Of a stretch of 64,000 nucleotides of DNA, positions 61,429 through 64,000 are shown piece after piece. The notes under the pieces are model-generated. The model saw only the letters and a program-made list of their open reading frames with translations, searched no databases and was not told where the DNA came from. The translations under genes and the position numbers were made by a program. The stretch comes from Ignavibacteria bacterium (GTDB lineage: Bacteria > Bacteroidota > Ignavibacteria > Ch128b), in contig JAOAHM010000097.1 of NCBI GenBank assembly GCA_026415235.1, forward strand, positions 5,878 to 69,877, read 5' to 3'. Each line of letters starts with the position of its first letter. Position 1 is the stretch's first letter.

Positions 61429-62370
61429 CTATACCTTTTTGTAATTATAACTAACAAAATAATCATAAAAGTTCTTTTTATCTTGCTCGTTCAAAAAGTT
61501 AATGCGTGGACTTAATCCGTAATGTACTGGATTAATTTTTATAATATTGAAAAATTCTGTCTCATTCATTTTTGCAGTAATTACATTTACCAAAAAACCT
61601 GCAAATTTTTCTTTTGAAATAATCAATGAATTGTACGGTGTGGTTTGATTTAGCAATTCAATTATTCCATAATAAATCAAGCTTTTCTCAGAATTCTCAT
61701 TTACAATCAATGTTAAAGATTTTGATGTTGGGATTTGCCCAGCTGATTTCTTGCCTTGTGAAAGTTTGTATGTATCGTTTAAAGCTTGTAAGTCTGATTG
61801 TGTATCCTTTGGAAAATCTGGTGCAAATGTTCTAACATAATGTATAACTGCAAAAAGTTCTTCTGGATTTACATGATTGTAGGCTGGCATTCCACTTTTT
61901 AATATTCCTTCTTGTAGCGTTTTGTAGATTTCAGAAATTTTTCGACCATTAATCCATCCATCCTTCAAAGTGAAATTTCTTGGTTTAGGGTTCATAACTA
62001 ACCCTGCTGGTCCATCGCCTTTTCCTGTTTCTCCATGACAAGAAGAGCAATTTGTATTATAAAAAGCTTTACCTTTTTCCAATAAATCTGGAGTTGGTTC
62101 GCTTAACTTGAAAACATCCACTGGAGGAATTTCAACTGGTAATGCAAAAGAAATATCTTTTTTTGCGTTTAATGAATCTGTTACGACAAATGGAGGAATT
62201 GTGTTTTTATTTATCTCATTTAAATGCTGAACAAAATAAATTCCTAATCCTACCAACACAATTAAAAAATAAAAATAAGTATAGCCGAACAATCTCGCAG
62301 GATTCGTGAATAATTCTTTAAAGTTAATTTCTTCTTGAATTTCACTAATTCTCTTTAATCTATCTTTCAT
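61429..62370 (-). CDS. Membrane-anchored monoheme cytochrome c
   Basis: N-terminal TM; CSSCHG..GDGPAG..M.PKPRNF...SGMP. Confidence 0.88.
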   Translation of the reverse strand: MKDRLKRISEIQEEINFKELFTNPARLFGYTYFYFLIVLVGLGIYFVQHLNEINKNTIPPFVVTDSLNAKKDISFALPVEIPPVDVFKLSEPTPDLLEKGKAFYNTNCSSCHGETGKGDGPAGLVMNPKPRNFTLKDGWINGRKISEIYKTLQEGILKSGMPAYNHVNPEELFAVIHYVRTFAPDFPKDTQSDLQALNDTYKLSQGKKSAGQIPTSKSLTLIVNENSEKSLIYYGIIELLNQTTPYNSLIISKEKFAGFLVNVITAKMNETEFFNIIKINPVHYGLSPRINFLNEQDKKNFYDYFVSYNYKKV

Positions 62371-63551
62371 AAATGAAACTCCAAACTTCTTTTAAGCTTA
62401 GGATCACCAACAGGAATAATATTTTTAATTCGTTCAAATCTGAATACAAAAACTAAAAGTGTAATTCCAATTCCAAGTAAGACGAAAGAAAGCTCTATCC
62501 ATCCAAAAACAACTTCTTTATAAAGCGAAGGCATAACTAACCAATATAAATCAACATAATGCATAACGAGTATCCAAATAGACATGAACTTCAATCTACC
62601 AAGATTACTTTTAGCTTGTTGAGATAAAAGGGAAAAGTAAGGGATGAGAAAATGTCCAAAAATCAATATGAACGAAAAAATTTCCCAACCTTTTTCCCAG
62701 CGATGTATCATCCAAAAAGTTTCTTCTGGAAGATTTGCATACCAGATTAACAAAAATTGACTAAATGCTATGTAAGCCCAAAAATTTATAAATGCAAAAA
62801 GTAGCGCACCAAGATTATAGAAATGGTCACTTTTCAATATATCTCCAAAATAACCTTTTTCATGTAACAGAATAACAGCAAGTGTAACAATAGCAATTGA
62901 GGAAAGAGCAGTTCCAGCAAAGTAATAGACACCAAAGATTGTTGAGAACCAATGAGGCTCAGTGCTCATTAAAAAATCAATTGAGAAAAATGTTAGGGTA
63001 ATTGCAAAAATTGGCAGAAACAGAGCTGAGATTTTCGAATTCTTATAAGAATAAATTTGATCTTTTACATCATCTTGTTTTAATGAATTCTTCAATACTA
63101 AATAAGCAAATAAAATCCAAAGCAAGAAGTAAATAAAATATCTAATCGTGAAAAATTGTTCATTCAAGTATGGTGATTTCCATTGAAGAAGTTTGTCGTT
63201 TTTTACTGCTTCTTCATGAGCCCAATGAAAAATCGAATGTGTATTAAACAAAACTAACAAACCAATTACAAACACAACTGGAATAAAAGAAATAAAAATC
63301 TCATTTACTCTTCTCATGACTGTTGACCAAACAGCACCTGAAAGATATTCAATTGCAAACCAAAATAAATTGCCTACTGCAATGCTCACCAAAAAAGTGA
63401 AAATCACATTGTAGTTCGCTAATGCTCTATGACTATCAACAACAAACGCAATGATACTAAGTAATAATCCTAAACCGAATAAACCAAAAGCTAAAAATTT
63501 TGTTTTCGATGAGATATTTTTCTTCTCTGGAATTTTAAATTCAGAACTCAT
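62367..63551 (-). CDS. actF: Alternative complex III subunit ActF
   Basis: About 10 TM NrfD-like protein; YLNEQFF..R, DF.MS.EPHW.STIFG, F.WAY..FSQ..LIWYANLPEE. Confidence 0.9.
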   Translation of the reverse strand: MSSEFKIPEKKNISSKTKFLAFGLFGLGLLLSIIAFVVDSHRALANYNVIFTFLVSIAVGNLFWFAIEYLSGAVWSTVMRRVNEIFISFIPVVFVIGLLVLFNTHSIFHWAHEEAVKNDKLLQWKSPYLNEQFFTIRYFIYFLLWILFAYLVLKNSLKQDDVKDQIYSYKNSKISALFLPIFAITLTFFSIDFLMSTEPHWFSTIFGVYYFAGTALSSIAIVTLAVILLHEKGYFGDILKSDHFYNLGALLFAFINFWAYIAFSQFLLIWYANLPEETFWMIHRWEKGWEIFSFILIFGHFLIPYFSLLSQQAKSNLGRLKFMSIWILVMHYVDLYWLVMPSLYKEVVFGWIELSFVLLGIGITLLVFVFRFERIKNIIPVGDPKLKRSLEFHL

Positions 63552-64000
63552 CTTAAATCACTCTCCTTTGGATTTAATGACCTCTGTAAAACTCTTATGT
63601 AATGCACTATTGCCCATCTTTCTTCTTCAGTTATTTGCGATGCATAACTGGGCATAACATTTTGACCATCTGTAATGATATGATAAATACCTCCATCTTT
63701 CATATTTCTCAATTTGTCAGAGTGAAGAGTTGGAGGATTTGGGAATTGACCTCTCAATCTACTATCACCTTCTCCAAAATTTCCATGACATGGCGAACAG
63801 AAAGTGAGATATTTTTGCTTGCCTAATTCAAGAACTTGCTTTGTTGGTATGAGCGGATTAACCAAAAATTTTTCAGCATCAGCAGGATTTCCCTTAAATG
63901 GATAAGGCAAATGTCCTCTCGCAACTGTACCTGCAACTGGATTACGCATACCAAAGTTATCTTTGAAAACTGTTGTGGTTGTTTGTGGATCAACTCGAAA
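63548..64000 (-). CDS. actE: Alternative complex III monoheme subunit ActE (5' end outside the window)
   Basis: Open frame to window edge (FRVDPQ...FKDNFGMRNPVAGTVARG); CSPCHG, MP.Y, ERWAIVHYIR.LQ. Confidence 0.88.
   Translation of the reverse strand, partial: FRVDPQTTTTVFKDNFGMRNPVAGTVARGHLPYPFKGNPADAEKFLVNPLIPTKQVLELGKQKYLTFCSPCHGNFGEGDSRLRGQFPNPPTLHSDKLRNMKDGGIYHIITDGQNVMPSYASQITEEERWAIVHYIRVLQRSLNPKESDLR

Noticed and set aside
1271-63826. Short 60-120 aa ORFs in the track that overlap or oppose real genes (e.g. 1271, 5919, 29513, 48066, 53052, 56913)
   Set aside because: All nested in well-supported genes, with low-complexity or antisense-like composition and no family motifs
1-64000. 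CRISPR arrays, IS elements, prophage, rRNA, programmed frameshifts or selenocysteine readthrough
   Set aside because: No repeat-spacer periodicity, transposase, integrase or phage motifs, or split reading frames seen; nearly all sequence is intact genes

Overview
AT-rich bacterial core-genome window. Gene content and order point to Ignavibacteriota within the Bacteroidota-Chlorobiota group (inference). I found no mobile elements, CRISPR arrays or rRNA. It holds about 70 CDS, mostly on the minus strand: ispB/tatC/glyA/rpiB; a glgA-lipoprotein-OMP-TPR cluster; SPOR-SPOR-hutI-ftcD-fchA-namZ; mltG/tsaD/PRODH/coaE/rny with a 6S RNA and zapA; pheT-pheS-rplT-rpmI-infC-thrS; three tRNAs (Val-GAC, Leu-TAA, Thr-CGT); ribD-E-BA-H; HU/IHF; a pcm plus MFS/spermidine-synthase-like module; cdd-tdk-nupC-PNP; gcvP; yceD-rpmF-plsX-fabH-fabD-DUF3109-fabG-acpP-fabF-rnc; and the 3' half of an alternative complex III / type A2 heme-copper oxidase operon. 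Features missed or truncated by the ORF track: a 31-aa bS22-like ribosomal protein gene, the ATA start of infC, the tRNAs, a branched 6S RNA, and recurring TAnnTTTG promoter elements alongside Shine-Dalgarno sites. The best candidates for undescribed biology are (i) a signal-peptide-bearing isoaspartyl methyltransferase coupled to a 14-TM transporter-like protein whose SAM-fold domain is predicted extracytoplasmic and has lost its glycine motif, and (ii) a degenerate CydA-like membrane protein with a c-type heme at the end of the oxidase operon. All family assignments come from motif recognition by eye; no database searches were run.
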